DNA of 64,000 bases from the NCBI RefSeq assembly GCF_009914755.1, contig NC_060930.1. One strand, written 5' to 3'. The position numbers and the translations under genes are program-made. Source of the DNA: the human T2T-CHM13v2.0 reference genome, Homo sapiens. Below, one piece after another: positions 1 through 14,460 of this stretch. Positions within the stretch are counted from its first letter, which is position 1. Every line of letters begins with the position of its first letter. The notes under the pieces are model-generated. The model was not told the DNA's origin. It saw only the letters and a list, made by a program, of their open reading frames with translations, and did not search any database.

Positions 1-425
1 TACTGAGAGGCGTTTTCTCTCCCCGCTTCCTGTCTTTCTGGTTCCATCTCATTCACCTCCTGTCCCCTCCACTTCCTGCCAGTCAAACCTTAGATTCCTC
101 CAGAGGCTTTTTATTTTTATCTTTTGATGGGCAAGAAAATAGTGCGGATTATTTTTCCAAACCTTCACCTGAACATCACATCGTGGCTTTGGCCCTATGG
201 GCTTGGTTCATCCGGGCCTGCACAGAAGGACTTTTCGGGCCAGTCTGGTCACATACATCGAGTCCTGTCTTTTCAGTTAAAAAAAAAAACACACACACAC
301 ACTGCTATGTTTCACTAAGACAACTGGTGTGAGTTGTTTTTTAGAAAATCAACTCTACTTCAGTAAGATTTTCTCAAGCATTATCTTGAGAAGACCAGAT
401 AATAAAATTTAAAAAGAATTTCTTC

Positions 426-564
426 TTTTTTTTTTATTATACTTTAAGTTTTAGGGTACATGTGCACATTGTGCAGGTTAGTTACATATGTATACATGTG
501 CCATGCTGGTGAGCTGCACCCACTAACTCGTCATCTAGCATTAGGTATATCTCCCGATGCTATC
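426..564 (-). mobile_element. L1PA2-like 3' end, extremely 5'-truncated (~140 bp)
   Basis: Poly-T followed by the reverse complement of the L1 3'UTR end. Carries GAG (GATGACGAGTTAG) and ACTTAAAGT rather than L1HS-Ta ACA/G. Nearly identical to 54781-54918. Confidence 0.9.
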
Positions 565-1112
565 TTAATGCAACTTAAATCAATTGCTTTAATAACACAT
601 ATTGACCAAGTTACACTCATTAAGGAAAAAAAACTACTTTGTTGTTTTTCTTCTTCTGACGTGAGCTGAAGACTTAGAAATAGTTGTTAATAGTGTTTGG
701 TTAATAAGAATTTGTTTTAATTGCATATATCAAATATGTATTTATTAAACTTTTCTTTTTGTCAGTTTATCAATTCTAGCTTTGTCACAAAAGGTTTGCC
801 GTATGAACATGATTCTGTTGTACATCTATTTCCATTTTTGTTAAGAGACGAATTCAATTGTAAAAATCTAGTACCTTTTATTCATTAAACATGTTAGTTC
901 AGGAATTTCACTTGGTTCTACAAAGATACATATCTACAGTGGATGGCCAGTGCAAACATGAGACTCAGCCAACTGGTCTCTGACCCAATTCAGTTCTCCT
1001 GTCTTCTTCTGGCTTACAAAGTAACTGGCTCTGGGGAGAAAGTGAGTCAAAGTAATATTTGGTTTGAATGGTTATTGACTATTTTCTTCTGAAACTTAAT
1101 GTATACTAATTA

Positions 1113-1426
<314 letters not shown>

Positions 1427-2224
1427 ATATACTCATTTTTTGTTAAAAGCTGAAATATATCAGCATATACTGCATAAATACCACAGGAGACTAAACACTG
1501 AAAGTTTCTTTAGGGTATCAGAAGAATACACTTTTCGCTTGCAGTTAGCATCTGCACAGATAAGTTTTGTTTCTGGTTCTATTACTTCTTCAGTTTGACC
1601 CTATTAATAAGGACAATTCTAAAAATAATAACTGTGTCTGGATATCTGAATCCGTGTGTGGTCTTTTACTGAAGTTACAGGTTTATAACTCTGCTGACTA
1701 GTTTGCTGGTTTCTGTTATGCAATAGAAGAGTGCAAATGTTAATTTGATCTGAAGCCCGTGTATACAGTGACTTTTATAATGTATATTTAAAGATGGAAA
1801 GCCAAGTTTTATGAGGCCAGCATTTCTTGTCAAGTCCTCACTCCACCCTCTTCTAATTGGGCCTGACCCTTAAGTTGAATAAAGAACAAAGAGCTCTGTA
1901 GTTAAAACATTTCACTGCATGTTGCATCTTGCCCTTAGTAAATGGAAAAAAATAGAGACTTAAGCAGAGAATCTGAACTAGGGTGTGAAATATATATTCA
2001 GTTTTGGGGTGGGAGAATGAGAACCATGTTTTACAATAGTATACATAACTTCCTTAGTCTAAATTCAGGACATTTCCCCAAGATATGTAAGAATTTAGAC
2101 TTATGCAAACAGACTTTATAAAAACATGCCAATATTTATTAGTTTGTGAATTTTAATATTCTGCTCCCTATAAACCAGATTTATTTTGAGGGATAAAGGG
2201 ATGGAGGTGACTTCTAAGTCTTAG

Positions 2225-2800
2225 AGCAGAAACTTCCTGTGGGCAGCTGGACATATGTACCAGGAGCTCAGAGAAGAGGGTTGTGTTGGGAGCGTACATT
2301 CTGAGCGATCTGCATTTGGTGATGATGGAAGCCATGGACATGCACTAGATTGTCTTGTGGGAGAATATGGAGTAGTAAGAGAAGAAGAAGACCTAGGATT
2401 GAGCCCTGAGCACCTCTGGCTTAATGTTGGATGGAGGAAATTGAATCTGTAAACAATACCGGGAGGCTGCAGCCTGAGAGGCAGAAGGAACTGGGGTGTT
2501 TGGGATTATGGAAGCCAAGGGAAAAAGCCTGTCTCACAGCGGGAAGGGAGGTATCAACATTGTAAGCTGCTTCAGATAGGTTATGTAGGATGTGGACTGA
2601 AAAATATCTGTAAAATTTGGCAACGCGATTCATTGGTAATCCTAGGGAAGTTGCTTTTTTGGGGTAACTAAGGTGGAAAACAGATTGGTGTGGGTTGAGC
2701 AATGCAAGAGAGGTGAAGAAAAGGAGATTTCATGTGCAGACGTTTCTGAGTTCAGCTGGGAACAAGGGATAAGATAGAAGATGGAAGTTAGAGAGCATGT
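2225..2800 (-). mobile_element. LINE-2 fragment
   Basis: Degenerate purine-rich antisense L2-like motifs (GGCAGCTGGACATATG...GGAGCTCAG). Boundaries approximate. Confidence 0.55.
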
Positions 2801-2919
2801 GGGGCAAGGGAGACTCTTTTATGGGACAGTCTCGCATGTGATCAAAGCCAATGAGTAAGGAGCATTTGAGGGAGAGAGAGTCAATCAACAAGAGAGAAAA
2901 GAAAGAGGGTTCATCATAA

Positions 2920-3130
2920 AATAACGGTAACAACAACGAACATCTTTTGAGTGTTTTCTATATCCGGGGAACTATGGTAAACTCCTAACCTGCATTCTCA
3001 CATTCAATTCTTAGAATCGTTGGATGTGGTGGGTTCCATGATTTCCTCTAGATTAGCGAGGAGGAAAGAGAGATCTAGAAATGTCAGGTAGCTTGCTCAG
3101 AGTTCTCCAGGTAGTCAGTCATGGACTAAT
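2920..3130 (-). mobile_element. MIR fragment
   Basis: Antisense MIR-like core. Degenerate, boundaries approximate. Confidence 0.5.
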
Positions 3131-3469
3131 TTGTGAACTGAAGGACTGAACTTCGTCACCACCCAGCCCACCAAGCCGGCTTGACTTTAGGTATTCTGTG
3201 CTGCATGTGAGTACCGACTTAAATTATATTTTAAGAAGGGCTACTTTGAAACTCTCTCTCTGAAAACTCTATTTCTAAAAGCTCTACCCTCACAACAATT
3301 TTGGCAAGCAGTCTTGGTAAAACCAAACCAAACCAAACCAAAACCAAAAAACCTTATCTGCTGAGAAAATATAACCATATAAAATATGGTGCTACAAAAT
3401 ATAGACTGTGTGAACTGAAGGTGACTTGCCCAAAGGACTCCTGAAGCAATTGGCTGCTGTAGAAATTAA

Positions 3470-3796
<327 letters not shown>

Positions 3797-3970
3797 CATG
3801 AGAGGTTTTGTTTGCACTTCAAGAAGGACAGAAAAAGGCAGGCAGGCTGGGGAGCAACATAGTAAGGCTGAGGAAGTGATAGGAAAACAGCCTCCAAAAG
3901 GTTTCCCTGTAGATTCTGACTGGCTAAGTTTCCTGAAATAATATTAATTCTGTCCTCTTGCTTTTAATAG

Positions 3971-4087
3971 GACATAACGACTATATGTGTCCAGCCACCA
4001 ACCAGTGCACCATTGATAAAAACAGGAGGAAGAGCTGCCAGGCCTGCCGGCTCCGCAAATGCTACGAAGTGGGAATGATGAAAGGTG
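3971..4087 (+). CDS. ESR1: Estrogen receptor alpha coding exon 3: second C4 zinc finger of the DNA-binding domain including the D-box PATNQ (about residues 215-254); 117 bp, phase 1-1
   Basis: Translates to (G)[38 protein letters not shown](G). The YM and GMMK residues match ERalpha rather than ERbeta. Acceptor ...cttttaatag at 3970 and donor GTAGGT at 4088. Confidence 0.98.
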
Positions 4088-4956
4088 GTAGGTACATCTC
4101 TCCCAGGGGCCCTTGGGGATGGCCCTGGCCACCGCCCAGTGCTGGCTCTACCCATTGGAATAACACCATGGGAATTTTGTGTTTTTTCCTTTTAATTGTT
4201 TTTTTTCTATTCTTATTTTTCTTTGCAACAAAAGTATTTTCATAATCCATTTTATTTTAAAAAGGTGGAAGTGTCTGGAACTGGAAATTCTAACATGGCA
4301 TTTTGTGTTTTGGATTTTCAATGTAAATAATTATATTTTAAATCAAAGGTGTGTGGGAGGCGGTGATGGAAGGAAACGAAGAGTGCTTAGTAAATTATTC
4401 TAGAAATATTTTTCAGTTACTGTTTATGTTGCAAATGCTAGAAAATGATATCTGAGGATAAACTTTCCCTAAATTGAGACTTGTAAATGTGAAAGCTGAG
4501 TAGCTAATTTATAGCCTTCCAGTCTGTTATCATCCCTTAAGGAATGTGAATTTCAATCAAAAGGCAGTTTTCTCCTTTAGAACCTGAGTGAACCAGCCAC
4601 TTTCTTAACCTCAGTGTCTAGCATGGTGCTGGCATAGTTGATTACTGAGCACTACACTAACAAGTGTCAGAGCATGCACGGTTTGTGACTGTGGGTTTGT
4701 GTTTTTGTGGTCTTTGTGGCTGTGTGTGTGTGTGGTTTTCTGTCTTCTCATGTATCCGATCTTCCAGTTTTGTCATACAGGAATCTGGAAACTGAATCCC
4801 AGTCTGGGAATATTAGGAGCCCCATAAATGTGGTTGCCTGATTGACCTCATTGTATTCTTGGGAGTCTCATCTTGAGGAACATTGCTTCTAGTCTTGGAT
4901 AGCCTTCAGTGTAGTGGAAGAGAACAAGTAGAAAATGTGTAATTAAAATAAAGTCA

Positions 4957-5382
<426 letters not shown>

Positions 5383-6289
5383 TCAATGAAAAGGAATAGT
5401 GATTTTGCAAATAGTGGGCAGCTAACCTTTAAATCATTCTTACTGGGACGCAGGAGGAAGGAGAGGAAAGACCAAGAATGGAGATTATGATGAAGACAAG
5501 CTTGATTGTTAACAAGCTTACAGTGACAGGTTTCATAGTCCCGGGGTCATAAATACGCCGGACAGGTTGAGGTTTGGAATGCAGCATTTGGAATAAATTC
5601 TCCTGGTGAAGAGATGCAATGTTGAATTTACGCATTCTGTGAGCTGTGACTATGACTATACATCTTGAACATCTGAAAAAGCAGCTTTAATTCAAAGGGT
5701 AATTAATTCCAAGAATTTAACAGCTACATTCAGAAAATGACACTTGAGTCATATGGATTAAATATTTAAGGAATTCATCTTTCTTTGTACTGTTGGAGAA
5801 TTAGTCAGGCTTAATTAAACTTACAAAATGCGTCTTAAGGTAACTTGGTAAGTGACAGGAATATAACAGCTGCATAAGAAAAGCTTTATTTGAAACAGTG
5901 GAGTCGAGGTTTAATATTCTTCTTTGGCGATTATATGTAGGTTAAGCACAGGCTCTTCCATACATTCTCCTTGAAAGCTGAAATAATCAAGTCATGAATA
6001 TGTCCAAAACAATTTTTAAAATGTGAGGGGTACCCATGCATTGACCCCATTTCATAAAACCGATTCTGTTTTTTTTTTTGTAATTAATATCCAGATACGG
6101 TCTGGCTGCATGAATATAAATTACGCATTCTCATTTTTAATCTAACAAAAATTCATATATGCAAAGACATAATAAAAGTCTCCCCACTGTTTTCTCCTAG
6201 GAATCTAGATAATTTGACTGTACACAACAGACTGTGGATGGCTCCATACACACTTGCACATGTATATTGATGACTGTAAAATATATATC

Positions 6290-7350
6290 TGTATTAGTTT
6301 TCTAGGGCTGCCATAATGAAATACCACAGGCTGGGTGGCTTAAACAACGGAAATTAATTTTCTCCCAATTCTGGAAGCTGGGCATGCATAATCAAAGTGC
6401 TGGAATATTTGGTTTCTAGTGAGCCCTCCCTTTTTTTTTTTTGAGAGATGGAGTCTTGCTCTGTTGGCCAGGATGGAGTGCAGTGGCACTATCTCAGCTC
6501 ACTGAAACCTTCACCTCCCAGGTTCAGGCGATTCTCCTGCTTCAACTTCCCAAGTAGCTGGGACTACAGGTGTGTGCCACCATACCCAGCTAATTTTTGT
6601 GTTTTTTTTTTTGTAGAGACGGAGTTTCACTCTATGTTGGCCAGGCTGGTCTTGAACTCTTGACCTCAGGTGATCCGCCCACCTCGGCTTCCTAAAGTGC
6701 TGGGATTATAGGCGTGAGCCACCATGCCCGGCCTGTGAGGCCTCTCTTCTAGGCTTGTGGCTAGCCGTCTTCTGCCTGTGTCCTCACATGGCCTTTCCTC
6801 TGCGTCCGAGCACTCTTGGTATCTCTTTCTCTTCTCACAAGCCCTGTTGGATTAGGAGTCCACCCTTATGACCTCATTTAACCTTAGTTACCGCCAAAAA
6901 GGCCCTATTTCCAAATATAGTCATACCAGGGGCTAGGGCTTCAACATACAAGTTTTGTGGGGACACAGTTCATAACAGGCTGCCCTCCCAAAATACCATA
7001 GACTGGGTGGCTTAAGTAACGGAAGTCAATTGCCTCATAGCTCTGGAGGCTGAAGTCTGAGACTAAGGTGTTGGCAGGTTTGATTTTTCCCGAGGCCTCT
7101 CTCCTTGGCTTGAAGATGGCTGCCTTCTCTCTGTGTCCCCACATGGCCTTTTCTCGGGGCATCCACAGCTTCTTCTTCTTCTTACGAAGACACCAGTCAT
7201 ATCGGATTAGGGCCCCACACACAGGACCTCATTGAATCTTAATCACCTCACTTAAGGTACAATTTCCAAATACAGTCACATTCTGAGGCCCAGGGGGTAA
7301 GATTTCAACATATGAGTTTTAAGGGTACACAATTCAGTATGTGGCAATAT
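6290..7350 (-). mobile_element. Two adjacent MLT1 (ERVL-MaLR) LTR copies, the first interrupted by an Alu
   Basis: TGTATTAGTTTTCTAGGGCTGCC...GGGGACACAGTTCATAACA (6290-6977), then a second copy GGCTGCC...ACACAATTCAG (6978-7350). Confidence 0.8.
6431..6733 (-). mobile_element. AluSx-like inside MLT1
   Basis: Antisense Alu with TSD GTGAG(C/G)CCTC(C/T)CTT. Confidence 0.9.
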
Positions 7351-8806
7351 CCCATAGGGGTTACTCAGTGATTGTTCAGTATTTCTTTACATGTAAGGAA
7401 AACATGTATCTTTCTGGCAGTTTTTATATGTACATAAGTTTTAAATGAAGCTTTAAATTCATAAAATTATAGCCCGTGAGAACATCTTATTTTAATGATA
7501 TGTATAAAGTACTTGCCATAAATCAATATAATTTATTGTATTTTCTACAACATGGAATACCACACATGGCCACAGGATACCCTCTATAACAACTCCTTGA
7601 AAAATCCCATTGAATAAAGCCTTAATTTACAACTGGAAGTACAATGATAACTAACTATAAAATGTGCAGTCACATGGCAAAGGCCAGCTGTGACTGAATA
7701 AATCTTTACAACATGTTTTCAACCATTAGGGTTCACAACAATCCACTTTCTTAACCAGGCTGGTTACCAACTAGGATATTGAAACTCTACCTATGAAATA
7801 AAAAGTTTAGTTTCAGTTAAAAGAGAACCACAGACCTACTCCCTATTTTCATAGCAAGGCTGAAAAAATTCACTGAAGATCTATTGTAAAGATCCAAAAG
7901 AGTGCATGATTTGTCTCCATGAACTAACAATTTTAATCTGTTATAATACTTACTGCCTCTGAAAATCCCAGCATCATTATTAGATTTGGTTCTGAATCAT
8001 GGTAGTTCTATAAGATGCAGGATTTGAATTGCACTTTCGGGAATGTGCTTTTCTATCCTAGTACATGTGCTGGTTTCTCTGCATTGCTTTTTCCTCTTCA
8101 TTTGTCTCCTTCCTCTTGAACTTTAGGTTGTAGATTACATGTCTCTTCTTCAGGAAGGCCTACACAGTTACCTGACAGTTCCTGAGGCTCGAAGTTCAAA
8201 ATCAAGGTGCTGGAAAATTCATGTTCTAGCTTTAATGGCAAACAGCTCTTCTCTTAGCTCTTATCACCATTATTATTAGTCATTCAATGTCTGTCTTTAC
8301 ATATGGTCCATAAACTCCATGATGGCGCGGGGGTGGGGGGTCTCTGTGTCTTGTTTACCGATCTTGCATGAAACAAGTCACAAGGTAGGTGTTCAAGAAG
8401 TATTTTTTTGCACTAATTAATGAATTGATTCAATTCATTTAAATAGTTATTTGTGTAGGGCTTCTTATATGCAAACCCTTGGGAATAAAGCAAATATGAA
8501 TAAGATTGTAGTCCCTTCCCTCAATGTCCTCACAGTATAAAGAGAACATTTGCATGGGAAGCGGCAAATAAAAATCTCAACGGCAAGTGGAGACTGGGTT
8601 GCAAGATGGCTCAAATATTGAATGATCAGAATGGGAGTCTAGAGCTTTAAACAACCACTCCCAGGTTTAGTCCAACTCAGAGTATTACTCAGACACCTGA
8701 CATCCAAGACATATATTATTACTCAAGAATGTGGCCTTTTTGCTGAGTTTGGTAGAAAGAGGAACTCTTCCAAAGATAAATGTGTTCAAATGCTGGCTCC
8801 TCCTCA

Positions 8807-9195
<389 letters not shown>

Positions 9196-10064
9196 TTACT
9201 TAATGAGTTTGTCATGAAGATGACAAATCGTAACATGGGAAAATATAAATCTAAAGTGCCACACAAGTGTTAGCTATTACATATCTTTTTTGTCTTAAAA
9301 ATAATTACTATCTTAGTTAAAAATTTCATCATATACGAGCACTGCTGGGTTTTTTTTTTCAGCTGAAAGAAAGAGAATGGCAATTTCATCACTTCTACAA
9401 GATATAAATTTCTAATTTCTTTGTGGAGAATAAAAACTTGGCTTAAACACCTAAGCTTTTTTTTCTTTTCTGATCTCATATGCTGAATATAGCTGAATGA
9501 CAAGTGAGATGTGTTATTTATCATTTTATGATGCCAGAGATTTACACGAATTTGTGAAAGGTTTTTTCTTACCATAGATTCAGAGGCGTGTTTGAGGCAA
9601 GGTTTTCATTGTGCAGTGAGGAAATTGGCACATAGAAATCAATTGATGTGCAGGACTCTTGGACTGACTATTCTGGTTATGTTTCCTTATAACACATTAA
9701 GAAGAAATTTGAGATAAAGTAGTAATTGTCAACTAGTCTTTATTTATTTTAATAACAAATGTTGCAGTATAATTTTTAGAAATATTCCAAAATAACAAAT
9801 AAATCCAAAAATTAACGGGATAATTTTAAAGTGAGAAAATAACATACTACTAATATAGACAGGGAAATATACATGTGTCCAGAATGATTCAGAAGCCCAA
9901 TGAAACACTGGAAAATAAAATATTTTCCTGTTGCTTGGGTTTAATATTTATCACTATGAGTTATCGTAATTTGCTTTATTGATGGATAAACTCCCAACCT
10001 GGGGACTGCGATTGGAATCCTCTTTAATCCTACATTGGCTATCCTTTATCAAAAGTAAACAACC

Positions 10065-10403
<339 letters not shown>

Positions 10404-11094
10404 TTAATAAATTAAAAATGTAGATGTGAATTACTTTTTTTGGATTGCCGAATAATTGTGGAAGATTTGTAGCTGCATGTGAATCCAAGTTTCCTCAAAA
10501 GGTAGGTTGGGGTGCTCCTATTTAGGATTGAATTTAAGAAAAATGTTAAAGAAAAGCTAGCTGCTCTTTACCAAAGAGAGACTGGTTGTTTTAAGCAGTA
10601 ATCTAATCTATATATTTATGATATTGAAACTATTATTTTATTAATTCATATAATAGATATTTATTAAAAACTCCCCATATTATAATTTTTTATTTGCAAA
10701 CAAATATACTGAATCAAGTAAGTGAATCACATATGGACCTTAAAGACTAATGAATCCAATGTTTGACAGTATTTTATATCAATCAAGCTCTGGTTTCCAC
10801 AAGCAGAAGCAGATCGTCATCTATGAAACAGATAAAAGTTGATTTGGCATACCCTCTCTTTATTCATTATGATGTTCATGAGAAACCTTCTTGGAACCCT
10901 AGGGCTCCAAGGAACACAGTTTGCAAGCCACTGATCTAATCTAACTCCTTCATCCTCTAGGTATGAAAATCAAGGCCCTCCATTACCTATTAGGGATGAA
11001 GGCAGGTCAGCCTCTGTGACTGTCAGTTCAGCTGGAGGAAGCATGAGTGTAGGCAGCACAACAATCCCTATAAGGACCATGTTCTTAAGCTGGT

Positions 11095-14000
11095 TTTTTT
11101 TTTCCTAGTAGTTTTTACAGTTTCAGGTCTAACATTTAAGTCTTTAATCCAGGTTGAGTTGATTTTTGTATACGGCATGAGATAAGTGTCCAATTTCATT
11201 GTTCGGTGTGTAGATATCCAGTTTCTCTAGAAACATTTATCAAAGAAACTGTCCTTTCTCCATTGTGTGCTTTTAGCAGCTTTGTCAAAAATTAATTGGC
11301 TCTAAATGAATGAATTTATTTCTGGGTTCTCTATTCTGTTCCATTGGTCAATACATGCTGTTTTAATTACTATAGCTTTATAGTATATTTTGAGTCAGGT
11401 AGTGTTATGCCTCTAGCTTTGTTCTTCTAGCTCCAGATTGTTTTGGCTATTCAGGGTTTTTTTGTGGTTCCATACAAATTTTTGGATTGTTTTTCCACTT
11501 TTGTAAAAAATGTCATTGCAATTTTGATAGGCATTGCATTGAATCTGTAGATTGATTTGTGTCATATGGATATTTTTAACAATATTAATTCTTCCAGTCT
11601 ATGTATGGTATATCTTTCCATTTATTTGTGTCTTCTTCAGTTTCTTTTATTGATGTCTATAGCTTTTAGCATACAATTCTTTCACTTCCTTGGTTAAATT
11701 TATTCCCAAATATTTTGTTTTATTTTTATAGCTATTATAAATGAAATTTCTTCTTGATTTCTTTTTTTGGATAGTTTGCTGTTAGTGTATAGAAACACTA
11801 CTGATTTCTGTATGTTGATTTTCTCTTCTGAAACTTTACTGAATTTGTTTATTAGTTCTAATAGTTTTTTGTGTGGAGTCTATACTTACATGATCTATGT
11901 GTAAGATCATGTCATCAGCAAACACGGGCAATTTAACTTCTTCTTTTTCAATTTGCATGCCTTTATTTTTTTTCTTGCATAATTGCTCTGGCAGGAACTC
12001 TCAGTACTATGTTGAATAGAAGTGGTGAGAGTGGGCATCCTTGTCTTGTTATTGATCTTAGGGGAAGACTTTTCAAATTTTCACCATTGAGTATGATGTT
12101 AGCTGTAGGCTTGTCATATATGGCCTTTATTGTGTTGAGGTACACTCTTTCTATATTTAATTTGTTGAGAGTTTTTGATATGAAAGGATTTTGAATTTTG
12201 TCAAATGCATTTTTTCCTCTATTGAGATGATTGTATGGTTTTTGTCCTTCATTCTGTTAATGTGTGTACCATAGTTATAGATTTGCATATGTTGAACCAT
12301 CGTTGCATCCCTGGGCAAATCCCACTCGATCATGGTGAATGATTCTTTTTCATGTCATGACAATCAATTTTGCTAGTATTTTGTTGTGGATTTTTGCATC
12401 TATATTCATCAGGGATATTGGCATGACATTTAATTTTCTTGTAATACCCTTGTCTGGCTTTAGTATCACAGTAATGCTGGCCTTGTAAAATGAGTTTGGA
12501 AGTATTCCCTCCTCTTCAATTTTTGGGAAGAGTTTGAGGATTGGTATTAGTTCTTTAAATATTTGGTAGAGTTCAGCAATAAAGCCCATTAGGTCCTGGG
12601 CTTTTCTTCCATAGAGGACTTTTTATTGCTGATTCAGTCTTCTTTCTAGCTATTGGTCTGGTCAGACTTTCTATTTCTTCATGATTCAGACTTGCTAGGT
12701 TTATGTGTCTAAGACTTTATCCATTTATTCCAAGTTATCCAAGTTGTTGGTGTGTAATTCATCATAGTACTCTTATAATTTTTTGCATTTCTGTGCTATC
12801 AGTTGTAATGTCTCCTCTTTTATTTCTGATTCAGTTTATTTGTGTCTTCTCACTTTTTTTCTTAGTCTAGTTAAAGGTTAATCAATTTTGTTTATCTTTT
12901 TAAAAACAAATTCGTAGTTTCACTGATCTTTTGTTTTGTGTTTTTAGTCTCAATTTTATTTATTTTTCCTCCGATCTTTATTATTTTCTTCCTTCTACTA
13001 ACTTGGGGCTTAGTTTATTTTTATTTTTCTAGTTATTTGTGGTATAACATTAGATTGTTTGAGATCTTCTTCTTTGATGAAGACATTTATTGCTATAAAC
13101 TTCCCTCTTGAAAATACTCTTGCTGCATCCCACAAATTTTGGTATGTTGTGTGTCCATTTTCATTTGTTTCAAGATATTTTTCAACTTTTCTTTTTATTT
13201 CTTCTTTGACCCACTGGTTGGTTCTGAGTATGTTGTTTTATTTTCAAGTATTTGTGAATTTTCCAAAATTATTCTTGTTGATTTATAGTTTCATATTATT
13301 TATGGTTGGAAAAAATACTTGATATGGTGTCAATGTTCTTAAATTTATTAAGACTTATTTTGTGTCCTAACATATGAACTATACTGTTTTTTTTCTTTTT
13401 TTTTTTTTGAGACAGAGTCTCACTGTGTTGCCCAGGCTGGAGTGCACTGGCTCAATCTTGGTTGACTGCAACCTCCGCCTCCTGGGTTCAAGCTATTCTC
13501 ATACCTCAGCCTCCCGAGCAGCTGGGAATACAGGAGCACACCGCCATGCCTGGCTAACTTTTTGTATTTTTTAGTAGAGATGGGGTTTCACCATTTGGGT
13601 CAGGCTGCTCTCAAACTCCTGACTTCAAATGATCTGCCCACCTTAGCCTCCCAAAGTGCTGGGATTACAGGAGTGAGCCACCGTGCCAGGCCATGATCTA
13701 TACTGTTTTATCTAACATTCAGTGGATAATGTTCCATGTGTATTTGAGAAGAATGTGTGTTCTGTTGCTGTTGGATGAAATATTCTGTATGTATCTGTTA
13801 AGTCCATCTGTGCTAAAGTATAGTTTAAGTTTGAACTTTCATTATTGATTTTCTGTCCGAATAATCTGTCCATTGCTAAAAGTGGGGTACTGAGTTCCCC
13901 AATATTATTGTATTACAGTCTATCTTCCCTTTCATATCAATTAATATTTGTTTCATTCATTTAGGTACTCCAATGTTGGGTGCATATGTATGTTCACCTG

Positions 14001-14460
14001 TTATATCCTCTTAATGAATTGACCCTCTTGTCATTATTTAATGGCCTTCTTTGTCTTATTTTATAGTTTGTGACTTAAAGCCTATTTTATTTGATATAAA
14101 TATAGCTGTCTCTGCTTTCTTTTGGCTTCTATTTTCATAGAATGCCTTTTTTGGTCCCTTCGCCTTCATTCTCTGTGTTTTCTTAACCATGCATTGAATC
14201 TCTTCTAGACATCATATAACAGGGTCTTGTTTTTTTAAATCCATTTACTCACTGTATCTCTTTCTTCCTATCTTGCTGTCTTCCTTTGTGATTAGGCGAT
14301 TTTCTATAGTGGTATCCTTTGAATTCTTACTTTTTGCCTTTTGTATATTTGCTACAGGATTTTGCTTTGTGATTACCATAAGGCTTACATAAAAGATCTT
14401 ATAGTTATACCAGGCTATGTTCAACTGTTTATAACATAACTTTGATTAATTTTTTAATAC
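11095..14460 (-). mobile_element. Old L1 (L1MA-type) ORF2 fragment, degenerate
   Basis: ORF2-like peptides ([15 protein letters not shown]...[15 protein letters not shown]; [11 protein letters not shown]), with the EN region near 13.8-14.2 kb. Many stops. Confidence 0.85.
13391..13692 (-). mobile_element. AluS inside L1MA
   Basis: TSD ATGA(A/T)CTATACTGTTTT at 13374-13390 and 13693-13709. Confidence 0.9.

Noticed and set aside
371-392. 8-bp inverted repeat TTCTCAAG/CTTGAGAA
   Set aside because: Too short to be significant.
3944-4250. Antisense ORFs overlapping exon 3
   Set aside because: Short shadow frames of the ESR1 exon with no independent support.
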